From NCBI GenBank assembly GCA_046735115.1, contig JBKPSR010000012.1, forward strand, positions 3,317 through 67,316: DNA of 64,000 nucleotides, given 5' to 3'. The notes under the pieces are model-generated. The model ran no database searches. It saw nothing but the letters and a program-made list of their open reading frames with translations, and had not been told where the DNA came from. Below are positions 63,067-64,000 of the stretch, one piece after another. This stretch comes from Actinomycetota bacterium. GTDB taxonomy: Bacteria; Actinomycetota; Thermoleophilia; Solirubrobacterales; Thermoleophilaceae. How positions within the stretch are numbered: the stretch's first letter is position 1; every line of letters starts with the position of its first letter. The translations under genes were made by a program, and so were the position numbers.

Positions 63067-63509
63067 CGGCCGTAGACCTCATGCACAATCTCGTCTATCG
63101 ACGACTTCACCGAATCGAGGAAGGGCCGAACCTCCTCGACCAGCCGCGCATACTCCTCGCGGCCGGAATCGGTGAGCGCGTAATAGCGACGGGAGCGTCG
63201 CTCCGGGTGCTCCCACTGTCCCTCGATGAATCCCCGCCCCTCCAGCTCGCGCAGCAGGGGATACATGGTGTTCGGATTGACCGACAGGACCCCGGCCGTC
63301 ATCGCTCCGATCCGCTCCATGAGCTGATTGCCGTAGCTGGGCCCTTCGTTGATCAAATGCAGCACCAGCAGCGGCAGGATCGCGCGTCGGCGCAGCTCCC
63401 CGGTGAAGGGATCCTGGGCCCGCCGCCCGGGGGCGACCGCTTCCTCGATGCCCCCGGCCTGGGCGACCGTGTCGCGAACCGCCTCGCGCTGCGACTTCTT
63501 GCCCGCCAT
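63063..63509 (-). CDS. PadR-family transcriptional regulator
   Basis: ..LPLLVLHLINEGPSYGNQLMERI..SVNPNTMYPLLRELEGRGFIEGQWE..RRYYALTDSG.. is a winged HTH of PadR type. Confidence 0.85.
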   Translation of the reverse strand: MAGKKSQREAVRDTVAQAGGIEEAVAPGRRAQDPFTGELRRRAILPLLVLHLINEGPSYGNQLMERIGAMTAGVLSVNPNTMYPLLRELEGRGFIEGQWEHPERRSRRYYALTDSGREEYARLVEEVRPFLDSVKSSIDEIVHEVYGR

Positions 63510-63534
63510 CTCCGGCGGACATTGTTACCTCTAA

Positions 63535-64000
63535 CTACGCGGCCGCAGCCGCGGGCTCCTCCACCCGCCGCGGCATGAGCACCTCGCGCGCGATGACGAG
63601 CCGCTGGATCTGCGACGTCCCCTCGTAGAGCTGCATGATCTTGGCGTCGCGCATCAGCTTCTCCACGGGGTACTCCTTGATGAAGCCGTACCCGCCGTAG
63701 ACCTGCACGGCGTCGACGGTCACCTCCATCGCGGTGTCCGCGGCGAAGCGCTTCGCGTGCGAGCTGATCAGCGTGTTGCGCTTGCCCTGGTCGAGCTCGA
63801 CGGCCGACTTCCACACGAGCAGCCGCGACGCCTCGACCTTGGTCGCCATGTCGGCGATCATGAACTGGATCGCCTGGTGCATCGCGATCGGCACGCCGAA
63901 CTGCACGCGCTCCTTGGCGTAGTCGCGGGCGAACTCGAAGGCAGCGTTCGCGATGCCGACGGCCATCGCCGCCACGCCCGGCCGCGTCCGGTCGAGCGTC
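63535..64000 (-). CDS. Acyl-CoA dehydrogenase, C-terminal part (5' end outside window)
   Basis: ..[17 protein letters not shown].., ..[39 protein letters not shown]... The frame stays open to nt 64000. Confidence 0.85.
   Translation of the reverse strand, partial: TLDRTRPGVAAMAVGIANAAFEFARDYAKERVQFGVPIAMHQAIQFMIADMATKVEASRLLVWKSAVELDQGKRNTLISSHAKRFAADTAMEVTVDAVQVYGGYGFIKEYPVEKLMRDAKIMQLYEGTSQIQRLVIAREVLMPRRVEEPAAAAA

Overview
Dense, high-GC (about 70%) actinobacterial-type chromosome segment with about 65 protein genes. I saw no rRNA or tRNA gene, no transposase or integrase, and no CRISPR array. All function calls come from by-eye motif recognition on the supplied ORF translations; no searches were run. 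Many track ORFs are artificially long because they run through the upstream gene. I trimmed these to internal starts that overlap the preceding stop (ATGA/GTGA/TTGA junctions), which are pervasive here and imply translational coupling.

Gene blocks:
(1) PhoD-like fragment, lysS, greA, dus, STAS protein, coaX.
(2) A nine-gene FAS-II operon: fabD-fabH-fabG-acpP-fabF-accD-SGNH-maoC-fabI.
(3) GST, a LuxR response regulator with a GAF histidine kinase, and a Cys-rich small ORF.
(4) SDR / QueA-family protein / class-III aminotransferase running into folP-folB-folK.
(5) A class-V PLP enzyme, then ftsH-hpt-guaD-LOG, trpF, deoB, deoC plus two ALDH-family genes, and AraC/PhyH.
(6) An 11-kb nucleoside uptake and salvage operon: CYTH-cdd fusion, punA, deoA, add, BMP lipoprotein, ABC ATPase, two permeases and a 574-aa nucleosidase-fold protein. 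upp lies divergent to it.
(7) A MerR-class III cyclase fusion coupled to tilS.
(8) Fatty acyl-CoA reductase, a secreted propeller/PKD protein, an acyltransferase, an epimerase, two phasin-like proteins and a DeoD-type phosphorylase.
(9) A three-domain peptidoglycan hydrolase behind a long structured leader.
(10) Sir2, a split FadB-like pair, a DUF559 gene, PadR/SRPBCC and an acyl-CoA dehydrogenase fragment.

Best candidates for something new:
- the CYTH-cytidine deaminase fusion;
- the 574-aa AMP-nucleosidase-like protein at the end of the nucleoside operon;
- the QueA-family/SDR/aminotransferase module fused to the folate genes;
- the phased 4 x 32-bp palindrome array in its promoter region;
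- the MerR-cyclase-tilS unit;
- a possible c-di-AMP (ydaO-type) leader upstream of the cell-wall hydrolase.
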